In this document: positions 1 through 9,671 of the stretch, piece by piece
How the letters are laid out: every line of letters begins with the position of its first letter
Position numbering within the stretch: position 1 is the stretch's first letter
DNA from: an uncultured Pseudomonadota bacterium
GTDB lineage: Bacteria; Oederibacteriota; Muellerivitia; Muellerivitales; Muellerivitaceae
Direction: 5' to 3'
NCBI GenBank assembly: GCA_963770835.1
Contig: CAVYRH010000005.1
Coordinates: forward strand, 320,001-384,000
DNA length: 64,000 bases
Position numbers and translations under genes: made by a program
Notes under the pieces: generated by a model
What the model was told of the DNA's origin: nothing
Database searches by the model: none
Seen by the model: only the letters and a program-made list of their open reading frames with translations

Positions 1-1296
1 GCCTCCGGCGAGCTGGATCATACCTCGCTCTTCCACTTGGGGGCGGGCCAACTGACCCTGACGGCCCAATACACCTACCGCAATGGCGGGGCCCCCAACG
101 GCGACAGCCTGGCGGCGCAGGATATCGGCGAATTCGATACCGACGACCGGGGCGAAAAGCAAACCTTCACGGCGGCCCTCCAGGATGAACACCCGCTGGG
201 CGACTGGGTCCTCGACAGCTCCTTTTCCTACAACTACGCCTATGTCTACCGCTTAAGCCCCCTGCAGGCGGACAACGCGGCGGGGGTCCCTCCCGTGGAC
301 TTGAACAACTACGATACCTTCGACGGGGCCGCCTCGGCTTCCCTGAAACAGGAAGGCTGGGGCCTGACCCTGGGGCTGGAATTCCGCTCGGAGCAGGTGC
401 AAGGCACCGAGGGCCTGGACAACGGGGGCACCCGGGAGAATAACGTGCTCTCCCTGGACGCGCGGGGCAGCCTCCGTCTCGCCCCCTCCCTGACGCTCGA
501 TTGGAGCGGCCGGGTCGACTCTTTCACCGACTACAACACCACGGTTTTCAATCCCGAGGGGACGATCCGCTACGAGTGGGAGCCGGGCCTTTCCCTCTAC
601 GCCGAGGCGAGCACGGGATACCGCCGGGCGGATTTCGACGAGCTTTACCACCCCAACATCCCCTTCGCCCCCGGCGGTCCCCAGGAATTCGGGGCGGGGG
701 AAACGGGCAATCCCAACCTGCTTCCGGAAAGCTCGGTCAATGGGGAAGTGGGGGCGAATATGGCCTGGAAAAACCTGGCTTTCCAGGCGGATGGTTTCGC
801 CGATTTTTATTCCAACCTCATCACCCCGGCACAGGACGGCAACGGGTTCTGGACCTTCGAAAACATCAGCCAAGCCCTTTTGCTCGGGGTCGAGGCAGAT
901 TTGCGGTGGAGCCTGGCGCCCTGGTTTTCCCCCTACGGAAACTTTCTCTATGTCGATTCCCAGGACCAGCAAACCCAGCAGCCCATCCCCGACCGGTTGA
1001 AGGATAAATTCACAACTGGATTCCGGTCCGAAATCGCACCTGGAGTCGAATAGAACCTGTACACCCAATATGTGGAACATAATCCGGTCCTCTACCAGGG
1101 CGCCTATGATGAGGAAACACCCCTCATCACCACCCTCTCCTATTGGATCTGGAACACGGAATTCAGTGTCCGGGTCGATTCCGGCCTCAAGCTTTTCCTT
1201 AACGGCACCAACCTCTTTAACCGGTACTACGACACCCTCCAGGGCTTACCCATGCCCGGGCGCTACGTCGAGGCGGGAACAACTTGGGGGTTTTAA
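1..1296 (+). pseudogene. TonB-dependent outer-membrane receptor (BtuB-like), 5' truncated by window, interrupted by in-frame TAG at 1051-1053
   Basis: ORFs 37-1053 and 1072-1296 share a frame; motifs STGYRRADFDELY, GNPNLLPESS, NGTNLFNRYY, PGRYVEAGTTWGF (terminal Phe beta-signal). Confidence 0.8.
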
Positions 1297-1585
1297 ATCG
1301 GAAGGAAATGGGTTCCGTCCACGACGGGGACCCGCATTGGTAGGGCATCTTCCCAACAACCTTCATTTGTGATCTTCACGCCCCTCGGTTAAACTAACCA
1401 TCTTCTGTTCCACGGGCGGTCATTTAAATGCAAATTTTTTAGGATTTTAGAATGAAAAAAGTTTACGGTGATATCCGATCCATTTTAGTGTTGGGGCCTG
1501 CATCTGCTTTTCTTTTCTATATGTATATTGAAAAACAAACGTCTTTGTATCTTTTTTTAGTTTGGTTTTTCTTTTTTTTAAATGC

Positions 1586-2640
1586 GCCGAATTCACGGAG
1601 TAAGTGCAACACTTCGCCGGAAGACTTCCGCCGGAGTTTGAAAGCCCAGACACTTCTTAGGCCTGTTATTGAGGGACCTTTCGATTGCCTTGAGCTTCTT
1701 GGAGGACACTTTAGCAAGGTCAGTCTTTTTTGGCAAATAGCGGCGAACAAGACCAATGATATTTTCCACGGAACCTTTTTCCCAACTGTGGAAAGGAGCG
1801 CAGAAAAAGGATTTTGTACCAAGGACTTGATTGGTTTCCAGATGGTTGGTGTTTTCGGTTCCATTGTCATAGGTCAGACTCAGGCGAGCCTGTTGCGGGA
1901 AGCGGCTTAAAGTACGGTTAAGGCTATGACTCATTTGGAGAGCTGTCTTTCGTTTGAGCTTTCCCAGCTTGGAGAACCGGCTTTGACGCTCGACGAGAGC
2001 GCGTACAGCAGCCTTACTTTGACGGGAAACCATAGTGTCCGTTTCCCAATGGCCAAACTGCTTGCGATGCTTGACGGTCTCTGGTCTCTTGTCGATGGAA
2101 ACACGGCCTGGGATATGGCTTTTGGCGTGCCTGTGGCTGTGACCAAAGGCGAGCCGCCGCCGGTGGTGACGGACCAGGCAAGGAATCAGATCAGTGGCCT
2201 CAGCGTAAATCCACTGGTAGATGGCTTCGGGACCAATGGTTTGCTTAGGCCGCAGGTGGCCTAAACGGCCTGAAATGAGTTCGGGAGACCAACCGCGTTT
2301 CAATTGGCGACGGACGTAGGCACGAATTCGTTTTGTTTTCAGGCGTAAACGACGAGCCCGTTGTTGGTTACGGGCCACATACCGTTGATGGGCCCGATGG
2401 GAAAGATAGTAACCAGAACGGATGGGGGGAGCGTTGCGCTTGAGTTCCCTGGAGAGGGTGGAAGGAGACCTCTTCAAGGCGCGGGAGATGGCCCGAAGGC
2501 TAAGGCCTTTTCCCTTCAAGACGGATAAATGATCTCTTTCCTCAACACTTAAATGCTTGTAGTTCTTTTTCATGGCCGCATATCCTATGGATGCGGCCTT
2601 CTTCAGGCACTAAGTGTTGCACTTACTAATGGAACTCGGG
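1586..2640 (-). mobile_element. IS30-family insertion sequence
   Basis: Imperfect ~28-bp terminal IRs (CCGAATTCACGGAGTAAGTGCAACACTT / AAGTGTTGCACTTACTAATGGAACTCGG); 3-bp target duplication TGC at 1583-1585 and 2641-2643. Confidence 0.92.
1593..2573 (-). CDS. IS30-family DDE transposase
   Basis: N-terminal HTH (RSPSTLSRELKRN), GHWETDT, LTYDNGTE, WEKGSVEN, LNNRPKKCLGFQTP. Confidence 0.95.
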   Translation of the reverse strand: MKKNYKHLSVEERDHLSVLKGKGLSLRAISRALKRSPSTLSRELKRNAPPIRSGYYLSHRAHQRYVARNQQRARRLRLKTKRIRAYVRRQLKRGWSPELISGRLGHLRPKQTIGPEAIYQWIYAEATDLIPCLVRHHRRRLAFGHSHRHAKSHIPGRVSIDKRPETVKHRKQFGHWETDTMVSRQSKAAVRALVERQSRFSKLGKLKRKTALQMSHSLNRTLSRFPQQARLSLTYDNGTENTNHLETNQVLGTKSFFCAPFHSWEKGSVENIIGLVRRYLPKKTDLAKVSSKKLKAIERSLNNRPKKCLGFQTPAEVFRRSVALTP

Positions 2641-3014
2641 TGCTTTATTTTTTTATTTTTTTTCTTTTTGGTCTTACAACGCGAAGGGTTTTAAAACCAA
2701 CTTAATAAAAACGAATGAGTATAGTTGGAGTGACGTGAAACAAATAAATTCCTTAAAATATTCAAATTTTGTTGTGATCGTGACGAAAGATAACTTCGTG
2801 CTTATTTTAACCGCTTCTTTTACCCGTCAATATTTCAAGGTTTTGGCGGATGTTGTTAAGTGTGTCCAAAAAAACAACCCATATGCCTTTATCCCTCCAA
2901 CGCTACTAAAAAAATTAAAAAAACCGCCAAAATTTTACATCTTCTGAGGCCCCAATATTAACCGAATGGTTTTGTTACAATGGCGTAGTTAAAAAGCGCG
3001 GGGAAGGCACTTCA

Positions 3015-3200
3015 ATGATTGTAACTAAAAGTCAAGTAGCGGAGATGGTTAAAGACCTGCCGGAGAAGGTGGATTTGGACGATCTGATGTACCGTCTTTA
3101 TCTCCTCAAAAAGATCGAAAAAGGTGAAGCGGACATCCGGGCAAAACGTACGATTTCGCATGAAGACTTGTTAAAGAAAATCAAAATAAAGAACCGTTAA
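3015..3200 (+). CDS. Small hypothetical protein, antitoxin-like
   Basis: 61 aa, RBS GGAAGG; KIEKGEADIRAKRTISHEDL resembles small antitoxins usually paired with RelE/ParE. Confidence 0.55.
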   Translation: MIVTKSQVAEMVKDLPEKVDLDDLMYRLYLLKKIEKGEADIRAKRTISHEDLLKKIKIKNR

Positions 3201-3204
3201 AACC

Positions 3205-4272
3205 ATGAACTACCACATCGTCGTTCTGGCCGGGGACGGCATCGGGCCGGAGATCTGCAAGGAATCAAAGAAAATCCTCAACCGGGTCGGGGAAGTGTTC
3301 GGGCACAAGTTCGAATACGAAGCCCAGGACGCGGGCGGGATCGCCATCGACAAATACGATACCCCCCTGCCGGACCATACCCTAAAGGCCTGCCAGGCCG
3401 CCCAGGCGGTTTTGAAGGCCCCCATGGGTGGGCCTAAGTGGGACAAGATCGAAAACAAAAAGCGCCCGGAAGCGGGCATATTGGGCCTCCGCAAGGGACT
3501 GGACCTTTACGCCAACCTGCGGCCCGTGAAACTTTTCGACGCCCTTAAAGATGCTTCGACCCTTAAACCGGAAATCATCGATGGGGTGGATATGCTCATC
3601 GTGCGGGAACTGATTTCCGGCATTTACTTCGGCGAACCCCGGGGCATCCACGGGGAAGGGAAGGACCGTTACGGGGTCAATACCGAAATCTACAGGACTC
3701 CCGAGGTGGAACGCATCGTGGGGCTGGCTTTCGGGCTGGCCAAGCTTCGCCGGAAAAAAGTCACCAGCGTGGACAAGTTCAACGTGCTGGAATCCTCCCG
3801 CCTCTGGCACGACGTGGCCGAAGAGGTTTCCAAAAAGCACCCGGACGTGGCCTTCGAGCACCAAATCGTGGATAACGCCGCCATGCAGTTGATCTTGAAC
3901 CCCAAGCAGTTCGACGTGCTGGTGACCACCAATATGTTCGGCGATATCCTCTCCGATGAGGCCTCCATGCTGACGGGTTCCCTGGGGATGCTGCCCTCCG
4001 CCTCCTTGGGAGGGAAGGTTGGGCTTTTCGAGCCGTCCCATGGGTCGGCGCCGGATATCGCGGGGACGGGTAAGGCCAATCCACTGGCCATGATTTTATC
4101 CGTAGCCATGATGCTCCAATATGCCTTCAAGCGTCTAAAAGAGGCGGAGACGGTCGAGAAGGCGGTCGAGAAAGTGCTGAACGAAGGCCTGCGCACCGCA
4201 GACCTGGCCAAAAAGGCCGAAAAGGCTGTTTCCTGCAAGGAAATGGGCGACGCGGTTTGTAAGGCGATATAA
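3205..4272 (+). CDS. leuB: 3-isopropylmalate dehydrogenase
   Basis: [45 protein letters not shown]. Confidence 0.96.
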   Translation: MNYHIVVLAGDGIGPEICKESKKILNRVGEVFGHKFEYEAQDAGGIAIDKYDTPLPDHTLKACQAAQAVLKAPMGGPKWDKIENKKRPEAGILGLRKGLDLYANLRPVKLFDALKDASTLKPEIIDGVDMLIVRELISGIYFGEPRGIHGEGKDRYGVNTEIYRTPEVERIVGLAFGLAKLRRKKVTSVDKFNVLESSRLWHDVAEEVSKKHPDVAFEHQIVDNAAMQLILNPKQFDVLVTTNMFGDILSDEASMLTGSLGMLPSASLGGKVGLFEPSHGSAPDIAGTGKANPLAMILSVAMMLQYAFKRLKEAETVEKAVEKVLNEGLRTADLAKKAEKAVSCKEMGDAVCKAI

Positions 4273-4292
4273 CCACGAAGGCACTCAGGGTA

Positions 4293-5159
4293 TTGAGAAA
4301 AGCAAAGAGCAAGGATTTGAAAATCGTGAGCCGTCACTATCTTATTCTGTATTTCTTAGCCGCATATGGGCTGGCTGGTTCCCTCTGCGCCCAGGCCCTG
4401 AGACCTACTAATGCTCCCTCGGCCACGCCTTTCCTCCTCGCGGCCCTTTCCCCCACCAGTACCTTGCCGCCGGCGGCCACATTCACCCCGACCCCGACTT
4501 TGACAGCCACGGCCACCGGCACCCTTTCGCCCTCGCTGACCCCCACGCCCACCCTGACCCCCACTTCCACGGGCACCTCCACCTTTACCTCCACCTGGTC
4601 CTGGACTTTCACCGTGACGGTCACGCCCACGGGTACCCTTTCGCCTTCCCTCACCCCCACGCCCTCTTCCACTCCCACGAAAACCGGCACTCCCACTGGA
4701 ACACCCACCATCACCGACACTCCCACCATTACCCCCACGGGAACCCTGTCGCCTTCCCTGACGCCGACTCCCAGTTCCACTCCCACGGAGACCGTTACCA
4801 AAACGCCCACCCGAACCCCCACTTCAACCGCCACGGCCACTTCTACACCGGGTGTGTTCCAGTTCTCCGTTTCGCCCAAGCCAAATGAGAAGGGGGAGAT
4901 TCATTTCGCATGGGGAACCACCTTTCACGCGGACCAGGCTTATATAAGGGTTTATACCAGCGGTTTCCGCCTGGTTTGGGTGGAGAACTTTAATAAGAAT
5001 GAAAAACCGGAGTACCTCGATTCCGGTACCCATGAAACTACTTGGAACGGGCTGGACGACCAGGGGCGGCGGATGCCCCCCGGAACTTACCTATGCTTCA
5101 TTTCGGTGACCACTGGAAAGAAAACCTATGAAACCAGCGGCAAGACGGAAGTTCCATAA
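4293..5159 (+). CDS. Secreted Thr/Pro-rich protein with C-terminal FlgD-Ig/CTD-like domain (start may be GTG 4326)
   Basis: Signal peptide; (T)[11 protein letters not shown] x3; C-terminal [21 protein letters not shown]. Confidence 0.75.
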   Translation: MRKAKSKDLKIVSRHYLILYFLAAYGLAGSLCAQALRPTNAPSATPFLLAALSPTSTLPPAATFTPTPTLTATATGTLSPSLTPTPTLTPTSTGTSTFTSTWSWTFTVTVTPTGTLSPSLTPTPSSTPTKTGTPTGTPTITDTPTITPTGTLSPSLTPTPSSTPTETVTKTPTRTPTSTATATSTPGVFQFSVSPKPNEKGEIHFAWGTTFHADQAYIRVYTSGFRLVWVENFNKNEKPEYLDSGTHETTWNGLDDQGRRMPPGTYLCFISVTTGKKTYETSGKTEVP

Positions 5160-5240
5160 GAGGGGCTTTTTGCCGTGAACCGGCGTCCTTTGCGGCATTG
5201 AAACTCATCTCGAATATGTTATTCTTTCCCTTCCCAAAAG

Positions 5241-5275
5241 GCGGTTCGCAGTCGGCAGTTGACGGTTCGCAGCTA
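5241..5275. repeat. Degenerate 7-mer tandem array (RCRGTYS)
   Basis: gcggttc gcagtcg gcagttg acggttc gcagcta. Confidence 0.55.
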
Positions 5276-5396
5276 CGACTTAAAGGCAAAACGCCGCCGA
5301 TATAACCGTTTTGAGGTTTTTCCCGCGCGGATTTCACGGAAAGTTTAAAGTGGCGCATAGAAAGCGCCGTGTGACCGGTCCATAAGGAACAAGGAA

Positions 5397-6476
5397 ATGA
5401 AAAATAAAAAAGTCGCCGTCATCGGCGCCACGGGAGTGGCGGGCCAGCAATTCCTGGCCTCCCTTTCCGGGCATCCCTTTTTTGAGGTCGTGGCCCTGGC
5501 CGCCAGTGAGCGGTCGGCGGGCAAGGCCTTCAAGGACGCCATTACCGACGCCCATGGGGCCTTCCGTTGGTACTGCCAGGAGCCCTTGGACCCGGCTTTC
5601 GCCAAAATGAAAGTGGAGGACGCCTCCAAGCTGGACGCCTCCAAGGTGGACCTCATCTTCACGGCCGTGGAGTCGGACGCGGCCAAGGATTTGGAACCCC
5701 GTTACGCCAAGACCACTCCGGTGGTCTCGACAGCCTCGGCTTTCCGCTATGAGGAAGACGTGCCCATCTTCATCCCCGGCGTCAACCTGGACCATGACAA
5801 GCTGATCGCCGTCCAAAAAAAGAACCGCGGCTGGAAAGGCTTCGTCACCCCCGTTCCCAACTGTACGACTATGGGGCTCGCGATGACCCTCAAGCCCCTG
5901 CACGACGCCTTTGGCGTACTGCAGGTGATCATGACCTCCCTGCAGGCCTGCTCCGGCGCGGGGCGCTCACCCGGCGTCATCGCCTTGGATATCATCGACA
6001 ACGTGGTTCCCTATATCCCCAAGGAAGAGGAAAAGGTGGAAATGGAAACCCAGAAGATCCTGGGCACCATCGTGGGGGAGAAAGTGGCCCCCGCGCCCTT
6101 CCCGGTCTCCGCCACCTGCACCCGGGTTCCGGTGTTGGAAGCCCACACGGAGGCGGTTTATGTTTCCCTGGGGAAACACGCCACCGTGGACGACGTCAAA
6201 AAGGTAATGCGCGATTATGGAAAAGAATTCGTGGCGCACAAGTTTCCTTCCTGCCCGCCACACCTGATTGAAGTTTCGGACGATCCTTTCCGTCCCCAGC
6301 CCCGGCTGGACCGGGACAGGGAAGGGGGAATGGTGACTTCCGTGGGGCGCGTCCGGGCGGACCACGCCCTGCCCAACGGGATCAAATATATGCTGGTTTC
6401 GCATAACACCAAGATGGGCGCGGCCAAGGGCGGCATGTTGGTGGCGGAATATTTGACGCACCAAGGCCACATCTGA
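5397..6476 (+). CDS. asd: Aspartate-semialdehyde dehydrogenase (archaeal/fungal-like type)
   Basis: GATGVAGQ, ASERSAGK, PNCTT, QACSGAG, NVVPYIPKEEEK, HNTKMGAA. Confidence 0.93.
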   Translation: MKNKKVAVIGATGVAGQQFLASLSGHPFFEVVALAASERSAGKAFKDAITDAHGAFRWYCQEPLDPAFAKMKVEDASKLDASKVDLIFTAVESDAAKDLEPRYAKTTPVVSTASAFRYEEDVPIFIPGVNLDHDKLIAVQKKNRGWKGFVTPVPNCTTMGLAMTLKPLHDAFGVLQVIMTSLQACSGAGRSPGVIALDIIDNVVPYIPKEEEKVEMETQKILGTIVGEKVAPAPFPVSATCTRVPVLEAHTEAVYVSLGKHATVDDVKKVMRDYGKEFVAHKFPSCPPHLIEVSDDPFRPQPRLDRDREGGMVTSVGRVRADHALPNGIKYMLVSHNTKMGAAKGGMLVAEYLTHQGHI

Positions 6477-6478
6477 CG

Positions 6479-6513
6479 ACAGTTGACAGTCGACAGTCCA
6501 CGGTTGACAGCTT
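6479..6513. repeat. Degenerate 7-mer tandem array (ACRGTYS)
   Basis: acagttg acagtcg acagtcc acggttg acagctt directly after the asd stop. Confidence 0.6.
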
Positions 6514-6579
6514 AGCTTAAAGGCCGCTGGCTAGTGGTTGACGACCGTGAGCTGACTTTAATCTTTAAGGAGAGAAGCC

Positions 6580-7092
6580 ATGCAGGAGAGAAAAGGCGTT
6601 GTTACGTTTAAGGGAGGGCCTTTGACGCTGATCGGCCCCGATATCAAAGTGGGGGATAAGGCCCCCAATTTCAAAGTTTTGACCAACAGCTTGGGCGAGG
6701 TCACCCTGGACAACTTCAAGGGGAAGACTCTCATCCTTTCCGTGGCGCCTTCGCTGGACACGGGTGTTTGCTCGGCGCAAACCCACCGGTTCAACGAGGA
6801 AGCGGCCAAATTGCCGGCCTCCGTGGAGATCCTCACCATCTCGGCGGACCTGCCCTTCGCCCAGAGCCGCTTTTGCGGGGCGGAAAACATCAAGATCCAG
6901 ACCCTGTCGGACCACCGGGAAATGTCCTTCGGCGACGCCTATGGGACCCACATCAAGGAGCTGCGCCTGGAGGCCCGGGCCCTGTTCGTGGTGGGGAAAG
7001 ATGGTAAAATCAAGCACGTTGAATACGTGAAGGAAGCCACCACCCATCCGGATTATGACAAGGCGCTTGCGGCCGCCAAGGCCGACGCTTAA
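6580..7092 (+). CDS. tpx: Thiol peroxidase
   Basis: PSLDTGVCS, ISADLPFAQSRFCGAE, EATTHPDYDKAL. Confidence 0.95.
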   Translation: MQERKGVVTFKGGPLTLIGPDIKVGDKAPNFKVLTNSLGEVTLDNFKGKTLILSVAPSLDTGVCSAQTHRFNEEAAKLPASVEILTISADLPFAQSRFCGAENIKIQTLSDHREMSFGDAYGTHIKELRLEARALFVVGKDGKIKHVEYVKEATTHPDYDKALAAAKADA

Positions 7093-7175
7093 CCGCAACC
7101 GGCACAAAGGTTCCCAACCGCCGGTTGGCGGCTGGGAACCGATAGCCGGCAGCTCTATTTAAGGAATCCCCTAAA

Positions 7176-9671
7176 ATGTTCATCCCTGTCTTCCTTTTTT
7201 TGTTTGTCTTTGAAACCTACCTGCTGACCCATTGCGCCACCTTCAATATCAACGACTCGGGCGAAACCATCATGGTCTGCAAACTATTGACCATCAGCCA
7301 TTCCCCCGGCTATCCCCTCCACACCCTTTGGGGAAATGTCAATTGCCTCCTGCCCATCGGGCAGCCCATGTTCCGGGTGACCTTCGCCTCCCTGCTGACC
7401 TCCAGCCTCTCCGTGGTCATGATTTACCTGATCCTGCGGTTGCTGTTCAAAGGGATATTCGAGGCGCAGGCCTCCTCACCCGCCCCTGCCCAACCGGCAC
7501 CCGAAACGCCCCAACCCACACCCTGGCTCTGGGAAATTCCGGCGCTTTTTGGGGCCCTGGTTTTCGCCTTCTCGTACCAGCATTGGTTCCAAGCCGGCGG
7601 TGCCAAAGGGGGGGTCTATACCCTGAACACCCTGCTTTATACCCTTATCGTTTACTTCCTCTTTAAGATGCGCCAAAGCGGCTGGTTCCTGAAGTCCTTC
7701 TTCGTCATCGCCTTCCTCTTCGGCATGGGGTTGACCCACCACTGGCACGACCAGTTGGCCATGTTTCCGGGATATCTTTGGTTGATCCTGAACAACCAAA
7801 AGAAGGTTCCCTTGGACGACCTTTACCGATGGGTGGTTCATCCCGCCTTTTCCATTTCCCTGTCCGCGCTTTTCGTCCTGGCCTTCATTTTGGGGTGGCC
7901 CATAACTTCCTCCGCCTCGGATGGGTTCATCCTGGCGATGACCGTGGTCATCGGGGCCTTGGTTGTGGCGGTGACCGTCATCTTCATCAGCATTGCCATC
8001 CGTTTCCATGGGTGGTTTTTCCTGTTATTTACCGCCATGGGCTTCGCGATCATCGCGGTCATCTTTTTGACTTTTTTCAATTACTTGATTCCCCCCTTGT
8101 ACCTGTTCGGTATCGCGGCCTTTTTCGTGGCCATGGCCATCCTGCCCCGCATTTTCGGGTGGATCAATTCCATCCGCGCCATGGTTTTCGGGACCATCCC
8201 CCTGTCGGTTTATTTGTTCATGCCGATCCGTTCGGTGCAGAACCCCCTAGTGAACTGGTGGAACCCGGATAACTGGCAGCGGCTCAAGGAAACGATCCTT
8301 CGCAAGGGCTACCAGGACATTGGGGACAAGGATTTTTGGGCTTCCTACACCCGCAACGTCAAACGGTTTTGGTTCCACGCCCAGGACCAATACGGGGCGA
8401 TTTTCACCATCTTGGTCATTCTTCTCCTCATTTGGGGCCTTTATTGGCTTTTAAAGCGCCAAAAAACCACTCCGCCGGGTATTGTCTTGATGGCCGGTGG
8501 AATCCTGATGGGCGTTTGGATGTATTGCAAGCCGCTGGAAGGCTACCAGTGGACCTTGGACAACTTTTTTTCCACGATCTTCCTGATTATGGCCTTGTTC
8601 GCCGCCGCAGGCGTGGCGGGAATCCTGGAATGGATCGCCAAGGAACTCCCCTACCGCCAGACGGGTATTTTCGCGGGGGCTTTCTGCATGTCCCTGGCTT
8701 TGATGCCCCTGATCCTGAATTACCACGCCGACGACCAAAGCCGTTACGTCAGCTCCTACGACGAGGGCATGAACATGCTCAAGACCGTCAACCGCGACGG
8801 CGTCATTCTTTGCAACGGCGATATCGACATTCTCCCGCTGTGGTACCTGCAGTTCGTTGAGGGTAAAAGGCAAGAGGTTGTCAGCTTCACCATGCAGCTG
8901 ATTCCCTACGATTGGTACAGGGACCCTCTTTTCAAACGCTGGCCCTTCCTTTATGTCCCCATGCGCAAGGACGTTTACGGCCGGGAGGACATCCGCCCCG
9001 ACACGGTCGTGCAGGATATGATCGACCAGCATTCCAAGGACCGTTCCTTTTACTTTACCAACATCTTCACCGCGCCCTGGATGCGGGAGAAAAACCAGGC
9101 CCTGCCCGAGGGGTTCCTTTGGCGAATGGTAAACACCAAGGACCTCAGCTATCCCATCACTTCCGAGCGGATCAACCAGCTTTGGGATACCTACCGCCTG
9201 CGGTATTTGGACGCGCCCGACCGGGGTTATTGGGATGAGTACACGGATGTCATGAAGGACTCCTACGGTATCGGCTACGATTTCACAGGTTATTTCGCCT
9301 ACATGAATAAGATGCCGGACCTGGCCCTTTGGAGCTTCAACAACGCTCTCAAGTACCGGCAACCCCAGACCTTGGGGCGTATTTACATGATGCTGGGTGA
9401 AACCTACCTGGGGATGAACGATTTCGCGGCGGCGGTCAACAATTACCAGGAATCCCTGAAGCGGGACTCGCGGAACCCCGGCGTACCCTATATTTTTGCC
9501 CGGATGGGCGACGCCTACCGGCTAATGAATGATTACTCCAACGCCGATGCGGCCTACCACCAGTCCCTTCAGTTTAATCCCCAGCAAAAGGAAGCCTTGG
9601 ACGGCCTTCAGCTGCTGAACAGCGGTAAAAAAGAAATGCCAACAGGGGCGCAGGGATTCATTCGTCCGTGA
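7176..9671 (+). CDS. DUF2723 / TMEM260-like (GT-C fold) membrane glycosyltransferase with C-terminal TPRs
   Basis: DSGE..HSPGYPL N-terminal motif, many TM segments, GDIDILPLWYLQ, C-terminal TPR-like helices. Confidence 0.8.
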   Translation: MFIPVFLFLFVFETYLLTHCATFNINDSGETIMVCKLLTISHSPGYPLHTLWGNVNCLLPIGQPMFRVTFASLLTSSLSVVMIYLILRLLFKGIFEAQASSPAPAQPAPETPQPTPWLWEIPALFGALVFAFSYQHWFQAGGAKGGVYTLNTLLYTLIVYFLFKMRQSGWFLKSFFVIAFLFGMGLTHHWHDQLAMFPGYLWLILNNQKKVPLDDLYRWVVHPAFSISLSALFVLAFILGWPITSSASDGFILAMTVVIGALVVAVTVIFISIAIRFHGWFFLLFTAMGFAIIAVIFLTFFNYLIPPLYLFGIAAFFVAMAILPRIFGWINSIRAMVFGTIPLSVYLFMPIRSVQNPLVNWWNPDNWQRLKETILRKGYQDIGDKDFWASYTRNVKRFWFHAQDQYGAIFTILVILLLIWGLYWLLKRQKTTPPGIVLMAGGILMGVWMYCKPLEGYQWTLDNFFSTIFLIMALFAAAGVAGILEWIAKELPYRQTGIFAGAFCMSLALMPLILNYHADDQSRYVSSYDEGMNMLKTVNRDGVILCNGDIDILPLWYLQFVEGKRQEVVSFTMQLIPYDWYRDPLFKRWPFLYVPMRKDVYGREDIRPDTVVQDMIDQHSKDRSFYFTNIFTAPWMREKNQALPEGFLWRMVNTKDLSYPITSERINQLWDTYRLRYLDAPDRGYWDEYTDVMKDSYGIGYDFTGYFAYMNKMPDLALWSFNNALKYRQPQTLGRIYMMLGETYLGMNDFAAAVNNYQESLKRDSRNPGVPYIFARMGDAYRLMNDYSNADAAYHQSLQFNPQQKEALDGLQLLNSGKKEMPTGAQGFIRP

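Larger units (their letters stand above)
1452..2947 (+). pseudogene. Small membrane protein (~145 aa) interrupted by IS30-family element
   Basis: Removing 1586-2643 fuses 1452-1585 in frame with 2644-2947 with no stop (..FFFLNALFFYFFSFWSYNAKGFKTNLIKTNEYSWSDVKQI..). Confidence 0.8.

Noticed and set aside
1051..1053. Genome-wide TAG reassignment
   Set aside because: TAG terminates several conserved genes at expected lengths (menG, LOG, PilZ, AEC)
1452..1910. 152-aa ORF as annotated in the track
   Set aside because: Only the first 45 codons are genuine; the rest reads through IS30 antisense sequence
4490..4850. Repeats in T/P-rich genes (also 47480-47830) as CRISPR or DNA-level arrays
   Set aside because: Repeats are codon-degenerate and conserved at protein level; no fixed repeat-spacer period
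5160..5396. Lysine riboswitch or leader upstream of asd
   Set aside because: No recognisable L-box core; an Rfam scan would be needed
7099..7149. GC-rich hairpin after tpx as an ncRNA
   Set aside because: Single stem-loop without a U-tract or family motif; function cannot be assigned
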